Of a stretch of 64,000 nucleotides of DNA, positions 32,404 to 44,040 are shown one piece after another. A program made the translations under genes and the position numbers. The DNA is from a virus (taxonomy: Duplodnaviria > Caudoviricetes), in the IMG/VR virus record IMGVR_UViG_3300020036_004254, one strand, 5' to 3'. The notes below the pieces were generated by a model. That model was not told the DNA's origin, did no database searches, and saw only the letters and a program-made list of their open reading frames with translations. Every line of letters begins with the position of its first letter. Position 1 is the stretch's first letter.

Positions 32404-34347
32404 ATGGCGAACTTTTTTGATAACGGTGGGTTTTTTTGGTGGACGGGTGTGGTAGAAGACCGCAACGACCCGTTGTTTTTGGGTCGTTGTAAAGTGCGTA
32501 TTGTTGGATATCATTCTTCTGACACGACCGTGTTGCCGACTGAGGATTTGCCGTGGGCAACAGTGGTTCAGCCTATTACTTCTGCCGCCATGACCGGAAT
32601 AGGTCAAACCCCGCTTGGGTTGGTAGAAGGAACGTGGGTGTTGGGATTTTTTGCAGACGGCAAAGATAATCAAGAACCCATGGTATTGGGTGCGTTGGGT
32701 GGTATTCCCCAAAGTGCATATTACAATTCCGTTCCAAAAACACAAGGATTTCAAGACGCAACAAAAACCTATCCGGTCACCGAGTTGTTAGATGAACCAG
32801 ATACCAATCGATTGGCCAGAGGAATTCGGACAACCTTCGTAGATGATAAGGATTCAAGACGTTCCAAAAATATTCCATTATCCCGGGATAACGGAACATG
32901 GAACGAACCAAAAAGTCCCTTTGCCGCCAAGTACCCATTTAACCACGTTCGTGCAACCGAATCGGGGCACATTCAAGAATTTGATGATACCCCGGACGCC
33001 GAGCGTTTGCACACGTATCACAAGGCAGGAACATTTACAGAAGTAGACCGGAATGGTACACGTGCCACCCATATCATTGGAGACAACTACGAAGTCTTGG
33101 AACGAAATGGGTATTTGTACATCAAGGGAAAAATGAATGTGACCATAGACGGGTCGTCAAATGTCTATGTTAAAAACAATTGCAATCTTCAAGTCGATGG
33201 TTCGTTGTTAACCGACGTTCATGGGGATTATACATTGAACGTGGCAGGGGACATTAAAGTCTCTGGCGGAAAGACCTTTCAAATGAGAGCCAAGAAAGGC
33301 GTCAAACTTCGTGGTAAGGGGGTTGATATCAAATCCGACTCTTCTATCAATATGTTGGCAAAAACATCTATCGGTTTGAAAGCCGGGATGTCTATGTACT
33401 TGGAGGCGGCGTCAAAGTTTGCCATCAAAGCGGTAACAGCGGCAGTTGATGCGGTATTCCAACAGAAGAATATGACGGTTTCTACCCCCAGCGTCGAGGC
33501 AACAACCGCGTTGGCGTCAGCGGCAGTTGGTACGGCAGGTAACCCATCTGTTCCTGCGGCGGTAGAATCCAAGTCTCCAACAGAACCCACGTTCTCAAAC
33601 TTGGGATTTGTGTTATCCGAAGCACAGAAAAAATCATTTAAGATTGAGGCGTTTAAAGCTCAAGAGGCCGCAAAGGATACCAAAATGGTTCCAGCAGGTC
33701 GTCAGGTTGCTCAGGAATACGCCGATTTGAAGACGGAAGAGTTGTCCAGCAACGCTGTGGTGTCAGCCCCGGTTATTCCAGAAGACACCGCGACAGAAAC
33801 AACCCCGGTAGATTACACCTGTGAGGTGGGTATGCGGGTTGTAGAATTCGCCAAACAGGACATTGGGGTTTTGGAAACAAGTACACCACCCGGAAAAAAT
33901 TATGGTGGTAAGCGTGGCGGTGGTGCCTTGCCTGTAGGAGAGTTTGGTCGAATTGATGAAATGTTGGAAATTGCTGGACTGGATAACAAAGCGGAAGTTC
34001 GAAGAAAAGGCGAGGGCTTTTACTGGTGCGCGGCGGCGGTTACCGCATGGTGGAAAGCCGCAGGATTGCCAGTTCCGGTTGGCCCAGCCTCATGTCGAAA
34101 CTGGGAATCGTGGGGTCGAAAGAATGGATATTTTTCTAGCACCCCGAAAATTGGTGCGGCTGTTCTCTATGGACCATCCGGAGCGGCACACCACATTGGT
34201 ATCGTTTCGGCGGTGGATGCAGACGGCAACATCACCACCATTGAAGGAAATACTAGTGGCGGTGGATTTACTCGTAATGGTTGTGGCGTTTTCTACAAAA
34301 CCCCTCGGTCGTATATCGGGTTTATCATTCCACCCACTTGCTCATAA
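32404..34347 (+). CDS. 5: baseplate spike gp5 with C-terminal CHAP peptidase domain
   Basis: WWTGVVEDRNDP..LGR.KVR OB fold; YPFNHV..TESGH..EFDDTP; C-terminal WCAA...HIGIV...IEGNT. Confidence 0.9.
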   Translation: MANFFDNGGFFWWTGVVEDRNDPLFLGRCKVRIVGYHSSDTTVLPTEDLPWATVVQPITSAAMTGIGQTPLGLVEGTWVLGFFADGKDNQEPMVLGALGGIPQSAYYNSVPKTQGFQDATKTYPVTELLDEPDTNRLARGIRTTFVDDKDSRRSKNIPLSRDNGTWNEPKSPFAAKYPFNHVRATESGHIQEFDDTPDAERLHTYHKAGTFTEVDRNGTRATHIIGDNYEVLERNGYLYIKGKMNVTIDGSSNVYVKNNCNLQVDGSLLTDVHGDYTLNVAGDIKVSGGKTFQMRAKKGVKLRGKGVDIKSDSSINMLAKTSIGLKAGMSMYLEAASKFAIKAVTAAVDAVFQQKNMTVSTPSVEATTALASAAVGTAGNPSVPAAVESKSPTEPTFSNLGFVLSEAQKKSFKIEAFKAQEAAKDTKMVPAGRQVAQEYADLKTEELSSNAVVSAPVIPEDTATETTPVDYTCEVGMRVVEFAKQDIGVLETSTPPGKNYGGKRGGGALPVGEFGRIDEMLEIAGLDNKAEVRRKGEGFYWCAAAVTAWWKAAGLPVPVGPASCRNWESWGRKNGYFSSTPKIGAAVLYGPSGAAHHIGIVSAVDADGNITTIEGNTSGGGFTRNGCGVFYKTPRSYIGFIIPPTCS

Positions 34348-34362
34348 CGCATAAATATCACT

Positions 34363-34761
34363 ATGACCTTTCTAAAACCCGTTCGTTTATACAAAGACCT
34401 AGACTTGAATTTCATCGCGCATCCTGATACGCACGATGTTACCAAAGTATTGGATGTCAACGCCGTTAAACAATCTTTAATGTTGTTGATTAACACCTAT
34501 TTTGGTGAGCGTCCGTTTCACCCGGAAATGGGGTCGGCGGTTTCTCGAATTCTGTTTGAACCGATTGACCCGATTATGACAGAGGTGTTGAGACGGTCTA
34601 TTGAACAGGTCATTCAAAATCATGAGCCGCGTGTAACTATTGAGTTGTTAGAGGTATCCCCGAGAGAAGATGATAATGCATACAACGTGTATTTACAGGT
34701 GAATATTATCGGAGTTCCCACACCCGTTACATTTTCCTTTACTTTGCAGAGACTACGATAA
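34363..34761 (+). CDS. 25: baseplate wedge gp25
   Basis: YKDLDLNF..HP, AVKQS, GERPFHP, EPRV; late promoter CATAAATA at 34350. Confidence 0.92.
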   Translation: MTFLKPVRLYKDLDLNFIAHPDTHDVTKVLDVNAVKQSLMLLINTYFGERPFHPEMGSAVSRILFEPIDPIMTEVLRRSIEQVIQNHEPRVTIELLEVSPREDDNAYNVYLQVNIIGVPTPVTFSFTLQRLR

Positions 34762-36656
34762 TGACTGACTTGCGCGTAACCGAACTAGATTTCGAGGCGA
34801 TTAAAACCAATCTTAAGAATTTCATGAGGGCACAGTCTGAGTTTTCAGACTATGATTTTGACGGGTCGGCGTTGAATGCGTTGTTAGATGTGTTGGCGTA
34901 CAACACCCACTATAACGCGATGTTGGCGCATTTGATGTCAAATGAAATGTTTATTGACACCGCTATCAAACGGTCGTCTGTCGTGTCTATCGCTAAAACA
35001 ATGGGGTACATCCCGCGTTCGTATTCGGCGGCAAGAGCTACAATCTCGTTAACCGTTCCTACAGACAGTCCACTTCCGATGACCGTGGACACCTCAACCA
35101 AATTCACCACCACCAAAAACGGAACTCCTTATACATTCAATGTTGAGGAATCGGTCACCGTCACCCCGGAAGCGATTAGCGGGGGATATCAGGCGGTGTT
35201 TCCAGAGGTGTTGTTGGTTGAAGGTACTCGTCTCCAAAATGCATTCACCGTGACGGCAGATAACCGACAGGGACCGTTTGTCATCCCCGTTGAAAATATT
35301 GATTTGTCAACCATCCGGGTTGTGGTGAAAACCTCTGCAAACGTGGAAGAATACACCGTGTTTACACGGTCGTTGACGGTTGTAGACGTTTCAGACACCA
35401 GTACCGTGTTTTGGGTAGAAGAGAATGCAGACGGGAAGTTTCAATTGATTTTTGGTGACGATGTCATTGGTGCCACGCTGGATGTGGGTAATATTGTCAC
35501 CGTGTACTATGTGGCGTGTAACGGGAGTACACCAAACGGGGTTCGCACGTTTACTCTTTCTGGTACAGTTGGCGGAACCTCTAATGTCACGATTACCACG
35601 GTTGATGTGGCTGGGGCTGGTGCGGAAAAAGAAACCATCGATAGCATTCGGTTTAATGCACCCAAGTTCAACAACACCAGAAATCGTGCGGTGACTGCTC
35701 AAGATTACAAGTCGTTGATTCTTGCAGATTCGAATATCAACTTCAAGGCCAATTCTATTTCCGTGTGGGGTGGAGAAGAAAACATCCCCCCGGTGTACGG
35801 AAAGGTCTTTATCACTATCGACCCAACAGATTCGTATCTTATCACGGATTCTGACAAAAAGTATATCATTGACCGAATTTTGCGTCCTCGAAGTGTCATG
35901 TCTATCCAACATGAGTTTGTAGACCCTGAGTTTATCTATTTGGGGTTTGATGTGGTCATTTCCTACAATGAAAACATCACCAACTTGTCTTCGACTGAGT
36001 TGACCGCGTTGGCACACGACCGTATCACAGAGTTCTTTTCTGAGAATCTCTCTACACTAGACCGAACCTTTTTCTTCTCACAGCTTGTTGATGCTATCAC
36101 CACCATCAACCCTGCCATTTTGGGTGTGTTGGTGAATATGCGTATTCAGAATCGTATTACAAAGCTGGCATCGTTTAACACAACCAAGAACCTTCGCTTT
36201 TTGGCTTCGTTAGAACCCGATAGCATTTCTAGTACAGTGTTTGTTTCTTTGGTAAACGGAATTTCGTACAACGCCTATATTAAAGATTTTCACGATGGCG
36301 TTATCAAAGACCCCACTGGGACTGGAACATTGAAGTTGTTGGAGGCGGACACCAACACCGTATTGGTGTCTGCATTGGGCACCGTTGACTACAAAACAGG
36401 CATTCTGTCCTTCTCAGATTTGAACATTTCTTCCTATCTGGGGAACATCACGGATGTTCGAATCAACGCCGTCCCACAGAGCCTTTCCAAGAACATTTCC
36501 CCCAGTGTGATTTCTGCAACCGAACAATCCACTAGCGCGGTGTTTCCGGCACCAGCAAAAAACATCATCATTGAGCTAGATGACAGCGAAATCAATACTG
36601 CTATCAAGCTAAACCCCGGGTTGAACATTACCACCATTCCGTTTAGCGAACTCTAA
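34761..36656 (+). CDS. 6: baseplate wedge gp6
   Basis: LDFE.IK.NL, DYDF.GS, LAYNTHY, RSSVVS.AK, RAVT..DY, WGGE, YGKVFI. Confidence 0.93.
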   Translation: MTDLRVTELDFEAIKTNLKNFMRAQSEFSDYDFDGSALNALLDVLAYNTHYNAMLAHLMSNEMFIDTAIKRSSVVSIAKTMGYIPRSYSAARATISLTVPTDSPLPMTVDTSTKFTTTKNGTPYTFNVEESVTVTPEAISGGYQAVFPEVLLVEGTRLQNAFTVTADNRQGPFVIPVENIDLSTIRVVVKTSANVEEYTVFTRSLTVVDVSDTSTVFWVEENADGKFQLIFGDDVIGATLDVGNIVTVYYVACNGSTPNGVRTFTLSGTVGGTSNVTITTVDVAGAGAEKETIDSIRFNAPKFNNTRNRAVTAQDYKSLILADSNINFKANSISVWGGEENIPPVYGKVFITIDPTDSYLITDSDKKYIIDRILRPRSVMSIQHEFVDPEFIYLGFDVVISYNENITNLSSTELTALAHDRITEFFSENLSTLDRTFFFSQLVDAITTINPAILGVLVNMRIQNRITKLASFNTTKNLRFLASLEPDSISSTVFVSLVNGISYNAYIKDFHDGVIKDPTGTGTLKLLEADTNTVLVSALGTVDYKTGILSFSDLNISSYLGNITDVRINAVPQSLSKNISPSVISATEQSTSAVFPAPAKNIIIELDDSEINTAIKLNPGLNITTIPFSEL

Positions 36657-39223
36657 TGTCTTCTTTCCGTCATAAGCTTCATCATTTTATTTCAGGACAA
36701 ATCCCGGATTACATCCGGGAGAACTATCCTATATTCGTATCTTTCGTTCAAGCCTACTACCTATTTCTTGAAGAAACGGGTGAGGCGAATGATGTGTTGC
36801 TGAACACGGATACGTGGATGGATATTGACCAAACGCTTGATGACTTCATTCCGCTGTTCCAAAAGCAGTACATGGGAAACATTCCCCAGAGTGCCATTGT
36901 TGACATCAAACGTCTTATTAAGTTTGTCAACGAATTTTACGAGGCCAAGGGGTCGGAAAACGGAACCGAATTGTTCTTCCGATTTATGTTTAATGATACC
37001 GCCAGTGTCAAATATCCGGGAGATAACCGTTTGGTGGCATCTGGTGGAAACTGGAAGCAACGAAAAAGCATCAAACTAGATACCGGAACGATTTCCACTG
37101 ACAACAACCCCTTCTTGATGAAGGGGCGAAAGATTTTTGTTGAGTATACCCTGTACGAAAATGGGGTGGGAAATGTTGTGTATCGGGTTCCCGTATCATG
37201 CCTTGATGTGGTTAAACTATCAGCACCAAACATTTATCGGTTGGATGTAGAACTATCAGATTCGGTCGTCTTCCCAGACACCGCGATTAGCACACACCCC
37301 TCCAACGAAGCGGAGACGGTGTACGACAGTCATTTGTATGTTTTGATGAATTTGACTTCTGACGAGGACATGCAGTTGGGTGTTGCCCCATCATGGAGTG
37401 CCTGTGGCACGTTGTCCAAGCAATTGGTAAGCATTAAGCGCATTGTAACTGGCGGAACAAACTTTCGTGTCGGTGAATCGTTTTATGTAAATGAAGGTGG
37501 AACCTCTGGTGAATATTTCGAGTTTGATGTGGATGTCCCGAGTGAATGGTATACATTAAACATTAGTGGAACCGACGCATATGTGTCTCCGTCACTCATG
37601 TTAAACAACGCCATCGTTCGTGTTCGGAATATTATTTCTGAGAATCTGGGTCCGTATTTTGCCCAGAACTACACGGTGGATTTGTTTGAAACATATACCA
37701 CCGAATCCAGAGATAGGCAAATTCGCCATCTTCAAATTGTTACTACAGGTCAGCGTTTTTCGGTTCGAGAATATTTCAACCCGAGATACTTCATTTCGTA
37801 TAGCGACCCGCTTGATGATTATTTGGCGGAATCAACCCCATCGTACAACTCGTATACATTTCCGATTGAGCTATTGGAAGATTCTGTTCCGGTCAGCGAA
37901 GTGAGTTTTGATTTTTACGCAAAAGATGCGGGTGAAATGGCCACGGTCATTTTTAACACGGGTTATGTGTATGTCGAACCCGGGCGTTATGTAGATAGCG
38001 TCAGTTTGTTGTCAGAAATGAATAAGTTGCAAGACAATTTCTTGTTTCAACCATATTCCTACACTGTCAAAACCCATCAGGGGTTTGATACGTGGAAAGA
38101 CGCATATACCAAATCAAATCACCCTGCTGGATTTATTCTTTTTGCCAACTTGAACATTGATGAGTTGACACCATTAGATGTTACGGTCGAATCGGTAGAT
38201 GTGGATGAAACGTTTGTTATTGTTAGCGCAACCCCATCTGTCACACCAACCCCGTCCATAACGTTAACACCGTCAGTTACCCCTTCGGTGACGCCGTCGA
38301 TTACACGAACCCCGTCGGTGACAGCTTCAGTTACCCCCACACCAACCCGCACTCCATCGATTACTGTCACCCCTTCGATAACACCAACTGTAACGGTAAC
38401 ACCGACCAGAAACGCTTCATCATCTGTGACGCCGACAGTCACCCCGTCGATTACCCGTACACCTTCGGTCACCCCGTCAATTACCCCATCGATTACCCGT
38501 ACACCTTCGGTCACCCCATCGATTACCGCTTCTACGACCCCAACGGTAACCCCGACGGCGACACGGGCCGCAACAGCTACTCCGTCTGTTACCCCATCGA
38601 TTACCCCAACGGTAACACGTTCGGTGTCGGTCACACCAAGTATTACCCCGTCAATAACCCCATCAGTTACCAGAACACCCTCGGTGACGCCGTCGATTAC
38701 ACGAACCCCGTCGGTGACACCGTCGATTACCCCGACTGTTACACCAACTCGTACTACATCAGCAACCCCTACCCCAACCCCTACCCCAACTGTTACCCCA
38801 ACTCCCACAATCACCACCATCTGTTATGTCACAGGGGATTTACTAACAGGCCCGGGTCAGGCATCATCAATTTTGGCGTGTGCATTGGGTGATACACTTG
38901 ATATTACAGTGTACACCGATGGTGCTTTGTTCTACAGTGATTTCCCGTGTAGTGGTGGGTTGGTCCTTGATGGGTATTACAAGACCGCTTCAAACGGTTG
39001 GATTCAGTACAGCGGTGGCTCTGTTATAAATAGTGGAAGTTGTGCTATCCCGCCAAGCCCATCAGTTACACCGACCCCGACCCCAACCCCTTCAGCGGGT
39101 TGCCCAGAGGTTGGAACTAATATTTGTCAGGGTATTGACTTGTACATTGCCGACGGTGCCTGTGGTTGGTCACAGATTTGCCCAGATAACATCGCTTGCG
39201 GTGGTACACAAAGTTGTTCATAA
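36656..39223 (+). CDS. 7: baseplate wedge gp7-like protein with C-terminal mucin-like TPS tract and Cys-rich tip
   Basis: [37 protein letters not shown]; then roughly 200 aa of TPSV/TPSI repeats. Confidence 0.8.
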   Translation: MSSFRHKLHHFISGQIPDYIRENYPIFVSFVQAYYLFLEETGEANDVLLNTDTWMDIDQTLDDFIPLFQKQYMGNIPQSAIVDIKRLIKFVNEFYEAKGSENGTELFFRFMFNDTASVKYPGDNRLVASGGNWKQRKSIKLDTGTISTDNNPFLMKGRKIFVEYTLYENGVGNVVYRVPVSCLDVVKLSAPNIYRLDVELSDSVVFPDTAISTHPSNEAETVYDSHLYVLMNLTSDEDMQLGVAPSWSACGTLSKQLVSIKRIVTGGTNFRVGESFYVNEGGTSGEYFEFDVDVPSEWYTLNISGTDAYVSPSLMLNNAIVRVRNIISENLGPYFAQNYTVDLFETYTTESRDRQIRHLQIVTTGQRFSVREYFNPRYFISYSDPLDDYLAESTPSYNSYTFPIELLEDSVPVSEVSFDFYAKDAGEMATVIFNTGYVYVEPGRYVDSVSLLSEMNKLQDNFLFQPYSYTVKTHQGFDTWKDAYTKSNHPAGFILFANLNIDELTPLDVTVESVDVDETFVIVSATPSVTPTPSITLTPSVTPSVTPSITRTPSVTASVTPTPTRTPSITVTPSITPTVTVTPTRNASSSVTPTVTPSITRTPSVTPSITPSITRTPSVTPSITASTTPTVTPTATRAATATPSVTPSITPTVTRSVSVTPSITPSITPSVTRTPSVTPSITRTPSVTPSITPTVTPTRTTSATPTPTPTPTVTPTPTITTICYVTGDLLTGPGQASSILACALGDTLDITVYTDGALFYSDFPCSGGLVLDGYYKTASNGWIQYSGGSVINSGSCAIPPSPSVTPTPTPTPSAGCPEVGTNICQGIDLYIADGACGWSQICPDNIACGGTQSCS

Positions 39224-39257
39224 CGTATAAATATCCCTATATCAACCACAGGCCACA

Positions 39258-41210
39258 ATGAAAAAACGTCCAAGTAGAGCAAGATTGGCAAGAATCGTTC
39301 CGGGTCCACCAGCCCCGGAACGGGTTACCAATGATGTGTTGATTGACGGGGTATGGTATCTGAACCAACCCCTTGCCCCGTCTCATACCCCATCAGTTAC
39401 CCCAACGCCTTCTATATTGATTTCGGTTTCTGTGACCCCGACGGTAACCCCGACGGTATCTGTGACTCCGTCCATCACCCCGTCGATTTCAATTTCTTCG
39501 ACACCATCGGTTACCCCGTCGGTAACTGCATCAGTCACCCCATCTATAACACCTTCTTCGTCGGCCAATGCCACCCCATCGGTGACCCCATCGGTAACAC
39601 CGTCGGTAACTGCGTCTGTGACGCCAAGCGTCACTCCATCTATTACTCGCACGGCCTCCGTGACACCATCGGTAACCCCATCGGTGACTCGTACCGCGTC
39701 GGTGACGCCAAGTGTTACCCCAAGTATCACTCCAAGTATCACTCCAACAATCACACCAAATGCGTCTACTTCTGTAACTCCAACAGTTACACGCACGGCT
39801 TCTGTGACTCCGTCTGTCACACCAACGAGAGACGCTTCGCCATCAGTGACACCAACGGTTACTCCGTCAATCACCTTGACACCGTCGGCTTCTCCTGATT
39901 TGGGCGCACCAGCGTTTAATGAAAGTTTCTTGGTTGCATCAGACACCAATGGGTCACCAGACGGAACAACCGCAAATCCGTTGACTATTACGGTGAAAGA
40001 CCTTCTTGGAAACTTGTTGTCCGGTGAAAGTGTATCCTACGACATTGAAAGAACGTTTGTGGATGCAGACCAAACCACTCTTACTGGCGATTTGCTCGAA
40101 ATTGAAACCACAACAGGTGTGTTGACACTAACGTTGCATATCAAGAACAGCGCGGGCGTCCCGCTCCCGGGTTGGGCAACCAAGGATATCATTTTCTCTG
40201 CAACGGGAACAGGAAATACCTTTACCCCAATCGACAGTATTTCTGACCGCAATGGTGATTATCGTGTTTCGTTCTCATCAACAGAAAATGAAGTGAAGAT
40301 TATCACTGTTTCTGTTAAGAATATTGCTATTACACAGAACTATTCCGTTGTAGTAACCACCCCGGGTGTTGTCACGCCACTCTTTTTCTCGGACTTCTCT
40401 ACAGCAACCGGAACTTCTTCTCTGGCACGTTCGGATAACAGTAAGTGGAACATTGTTGGTGATTTGACTATTATTGCAAACCCCGGAAACATCGGAATGC
40501 CGTCGAACATGGTCAACGTGGCACAAGTTCCGTGGTATCCTGTAGCGGGTGGTGGAGCAACAAACAGAAAGGGTGGTTTGACCGCCCCGTCTCCTGAAGG
40601 ATTGTCGTTGCCAAACCCGGGTGATTTACAATACTATAGATGGTACTATGAAAACGAACAACCCAATGGTACTGTTGACGAACAAACACACCCTGTACAA
40701 GACGGTGCCGCCGCTGGAACCCTGAACTGGGAACTTGCCGTGCGTAACGATGTGGACGGTGGATACTACGGAAACCAAATTCTTTTGAACTCTGCTGTAC
40801 TTGGGAATGTAAGAATCTTTCAATCGCCAAGATTAGATAAATTCAAAACATATCGGTATGAAGTTAAATTGACCGTGATTTCAACAACCGAATTTAAACT
40901 ATCTGTCAGAGTATATGATGAGGCAATAAGCACCATTGTTCCAATTTTGACGGATGCTGATTATGTCCAAACATCGCCGCTTGTTGGTTCACCACCGACT
41001 ATGGAAGAATATTTCGTTTCTCAAAATCATGTATTCTTGAATTTCGATTACGTTGAGGGATTGAACATTGGTGTAAACGATGGTGGTCAGGCTGGTGAAG
41101 AAGGTATTTACGGTCACCAAGGTGGTGTGGCCATTACAAGAAATACCGTATTGAATGAAACAGTTTGGGTGGGTCCATATGGAACAGTAAAGGGGGAAAA
41201 CAATGGCTAG
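39258..41210 (+). CDS. mucin-like stalked virion protein A (N-terminal tag, TPS tract, Ig/invasin-like domains, beta-rich head)
   Basis: late promoter TATAAATA at 39226; [18 protein letters not shown]; TPS repeats. Confidence 0.8.
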   Translation: MKKRPSRARLARIVPGPPAPERVTNDVLIDGVWYLNQPLAPSHTPSVTPTPSILISVSVTPTVTPTVSVTPSITPSISISSTPSVTPSVTASVTPSITPSSSANATPSVTPSVTPSVTASVTPSVTPSITRTASVTPSVTPSVTRTASVTPSVTPSITPSITPTITPNASTSVTPTVTRTASVTPSVTPTRDASPSVTPTVTPSITLTPSASPDLGAPAFNESFLVASDTNGSPDGTTANPLTITVKDLLGNLLSGESVSYDIERTFVDADQTTLTGDLLEIETTTGVLTLTLHIKNSAGVPLPGWATKDIIFSATGTGNTFTPIDSISDRNGDYRVSFSSTENEVKIITVSVKNIAITQNYSVVVTTPGVVTPLFFSDFSTATGTSSLARSDNSKWNIVGDLTIIANPGNIGMPSNMVNVAQVPWYPVAGGGATNRKGGLTAPSPEGLSLPNPGDLQYYRWYYENEQPNGTVDEQTHPVQDGAAAGTLNWELAVRNDVDGGYYGNQILLNSAVLGNVRIFQSPRLDKFKTYRYEVKLTVISTTEFKLSVRVYDEAISTIVPILTDADYVQTSPLVGSPPTMEEYFVSQNHVFLNFDYVEGLNIGVNDGGQAGEEGIYGHQGGVAITRNTVLNETVWVGPYGTVKGENNG

Positions 41211-42606
41211 TCCAGTCCGGTCTACAACAGGTGATGTTGAACTCACATTTGATGCAACATTAGATGCGAGTGGAACAATTGTAACACAAGCATTTGACGC
41301 TGGGTCTGATGCGAATAGACATTTGTTGGCCATTATCACTTATGATGGTGCATCGTCGCATACATTAGGAGACACTTCTTGCGCGTATAACGGTGTTACT
41401 ATGTCCCCGTTAGGAGCATCTTTTGGTTCTGGTCAGTCCAGAACTCGTGTTTTTCAACTTATAAACCCAACCTCTGGCTCAAACGACTTCACTCTAGACC
41501 CAAGCGCGGGTGTTGGGTCAGAAGATGTTGTGATAACTCTTATGTGCAAATCAAATGTTGACCAAACAACTGCATATGAGAACTATGTTACCGCAACAGG
41601 AACAGATTCGTCAAACCCATATACATCAGCAGTGACCATTACATCTAGTGCGACTGATAGATTGGTGGTAACTGGTCATGCGGTACGTGCATCTTCTGTT
41701 ACAGGAGGAACAGCGACAAACTTCACAGAAAGAACAGATAACGTTAACGCCAACATAGGGTTGGTGACAGGCGAAGCGGCTGGCGCATCAAGCGTGGCAA
41801 CCAGTGTGGCGTGGGCAGGTGTTTTCGCAATTGATTATGGGGCATTTGGTATCAGTCTCGTTGGTATTAGCCCCGGGCCAACCATTACTTCAGAACCATC
41901 AAGTGCCGCCGTGGTGTTAAACAATGATACAAGAACCAGCGCAACATTTGTTGCAACGGCGGTTGGTACTGGTGATATCATTGGTCAGTGGCAAAAGGAA
42001 GGGGTAAACATTTCAAACGGCGGAATCTATTCTATCACAGAATCCCCCGCTGGTACGTTTACTTGTATTGTCACCCCAACCGACGCAACATTTGACGGTC
42101 AAACAATTACTTGTGAGTTAACTGACGATACCGGAACTAGAGAAACTGTTGGAGCGATACTCACCATTCTTAACGGACCAGAAGTAAATCCAACGTCGGG
42201 TTCTACTACTGCTGGTGTACACTCTACCGATTTGACGAGTGACGATGAATTGTTAGACGCAGGGGAGTGTTTGTTGATTAGCGGCAGAATTGCGGCAAGT
42301 GTGGTGGCGCGAACCATCACAAACCCCATGTATCCGTCTGTCACGCCTTCGTTGACCGCAACCCCATCGGTAACACCAAGTATTACCCCATCCGTGACGA
42401 GAACACCGTCGATTACCCCATCACTGACAGCAACACCAACTGTAACACCAACCCGTGATGCATCCCCAACACAGACGCCATCGGTGACACCAAGTATTAC
42501 GCCTACCATCACCAGAACACCATCGTTGACACCGAGTATTACCCCGTCAAGAAGCCCGTCAAGAACACCGACACCAACACCAACTCCGTCAACCAGCCGC
42601 CCCTAA
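41203..42606 (+). CDS. virion protein with beta-rich domains, Ig-like domain and C-terminal TPS tract
   Basis: 467 aa Ser/Thr/Gly-rich; PTITSEP...QWQK...ITC Ig pattern. Confidence 0.75.
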   Translation: MASPVRSTTGDVELTFDATLDASGTIVTQAFDAGSDANRHLLAIITYDGASSHTLGDTSCAYNGVTMSPLGASFGSGQSRTRVFQLINPTSGSNDFTLDPSAGVGSEDVVITLMCKSNVDQTTAYENYVTATGTDSSNPYTSAVTITSSATDRLVVTGHAVRASSVTGGTATNFTERTDNVNANIGLVTGEAAGASSVATSVAWAGVFAIDYGAFGISLVGISPGPTITSEPSSAAVVLNNDTRTSATFVATAVGTGDIIGQWQKEGVNISNGGIYSITESPAGTFTCIVTPTDATFDGQTITCELTDDTGTRETVGAILTILNGPEVNPTSGSTTAGVHSTDLTSDDELLDAGECLLISGRIAASVVARTITNPMYPSVTPSLTATPSVTPSITPSVTRTPSITPSLTATPTVTPTRDASPTQTPSVTPSITPTITRTPSLTPSITPSRSPSRTPTPTPTPSTSRP

Positions 42607-44040
42607 ATGAAAAAGAGACAATCTAGAGGTTCTATAGGGGGAGGGCGGGGTGGAAATGGTGGAAAACCCATTCTCAACCGTAGCGGAAATGATGTGTTGA
42701 TAGATGGGGTGTGGTATATCAACCAACCACTTGCTCCGTCTCGCACACCGAGCATAACCCCTACGGTCAGCACATCAGTTTCGGCCACCCCATCAGTCAC
42801 CCCATCTGTAACAAGAACTCCTTCTATTACCCCATCTATTTCTCTTAGTGTTACCCCAACGGCAACGCCGTCTGTAACACCAAGCATTACCCCGTCGGCA
42901 ACCCAAACACCCTCGGTGACGCCAAGTGTTACCCCAAGTGTTACCCCAAGTTCATCACAATTTGTCAGTCAGAGTGTGACCCCGAGTGTCACACCCTCCG
43001 TGACACCCAGCGTAACCGCTTCAGTAACACCATCGGTAACACGAACACCGTCTGTTACACCGAGTATTACTCCATCTATCACTAGAAGTGTTTCACCAAC
43101 AACAACGCCTTCTGTAACACCGACAATCACTCCTACCCCAACGAGGAACGCAAGTGTAACCCCAACTCCATCTATTACCCCAACTGTGGGCAGTGGACTT
43201 TGGACACCTGTATTCTTAGCGGATTGGGGAACTAGTACGGGAACTGGGACAACTGCGTTACGAGACGGTACAACATTCGATGCTCTTTCCCCGGCTTCTG
43301 CTGATAACGGTGAAGTCATAGCCGCTCCGGGTGGTTACGGGTGGAACACCGTTAACATTCTTCATCATTATTCAATCAATGATGCCAGAGCCGGATGGTT
43401 GGAGATTCAGAAAAATACATTGGGGGTACAAGCCGAAGGAGAAGTTCGCAACTTCCGATGGGCGCATGTAAACATTCACCCAACCGCCGCAGAAGGGGCA
43501 ACAGATAACTCGCATCATTGTATACAGGACGGATATCCGTCGGGTGCAGGTTCGTTTCAAAATTGGAACATCACAGACGGAACAAACTTTGTTGGAGAAT
43601 GGGAACCGAACTTTCTAATCTCTAACGGGGGTGGTGGACGGTACTATCTAAACTCTGCCGTGACGCCAACCCGTCTTAACAAAGACACGCGGTACACCTT
43701 TGAAGTACAAATTGTTAGAGGTACGACGGGGGCTGGTACGTCCAACGCATTCCGTTTCCGTGCGTGGATTTATGATGAAAATGGGGTGGAAATCTACGGA
43801 CCATCAGACTTTGTGTCCAATTTGTATTCAGGTGAGACTTTGGCCAATGACCGTTGGCACACGTACAACAATCTCAATGGAACTCAACAGTTTAACATTG
43901 GGTGTAACGGTGCGACTGCCACAAGCTATCCTCTCTCGGTTGGGTATTTTGGAGAAGTAGCAATGGTATCCAGTATCTCTGATGGGGATTTGACAGCGGG
44001 TACAGCTATTGGTGTATATGGAACATGTTCCGGAGAATAA
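42607..44040 (+). CDS. mucin-like stalked virion protein B
   Basis: MKKRQSRG...[21 protein letters not shown] tract, head domain paralogous to A and C. Confidence 0.8.
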   Translation: MKKRQSRGSIGGGRGGNGGKPILNRSGNDVLIDGVWYINQPLAPSRTPSITPTVSTSVSATPSVTPSVTRTPSITPSISLSVTPTATPSVTPSITPSATQTPSVTPSVTPSVTPSSSQFVSQSVTPSVTPSVTPSVTASVTPSVTRTPSVTPSITPSITRSVSPTTTPSVTPTITPTPTRNASVTPTPSITPTVGSGLWTPVFLADWGTSTGTGTTALRDGTTFDALSPASADNGEVIAAPGGYGWNTVNILHHYSINDARAGWLEIQKNTLGVQAEGEVRNFRWAHVNIHPTAAEGATDNSHHCIQDGYPSGAGSFQNWNITDGTNFVGEWEPNFLISNGGGGRYYLNSAVTPTRLNKDTRYTFEVQIVRGTTGAGTSNAFRFRAWIYDENGVEIYGPSDFVSNLYSGETLANDRWHTYNNLNGTQQFNIGCNGATATSYPLSVGYFGEVAMVSSISDGDLTAGTAIGVYGTCSGE

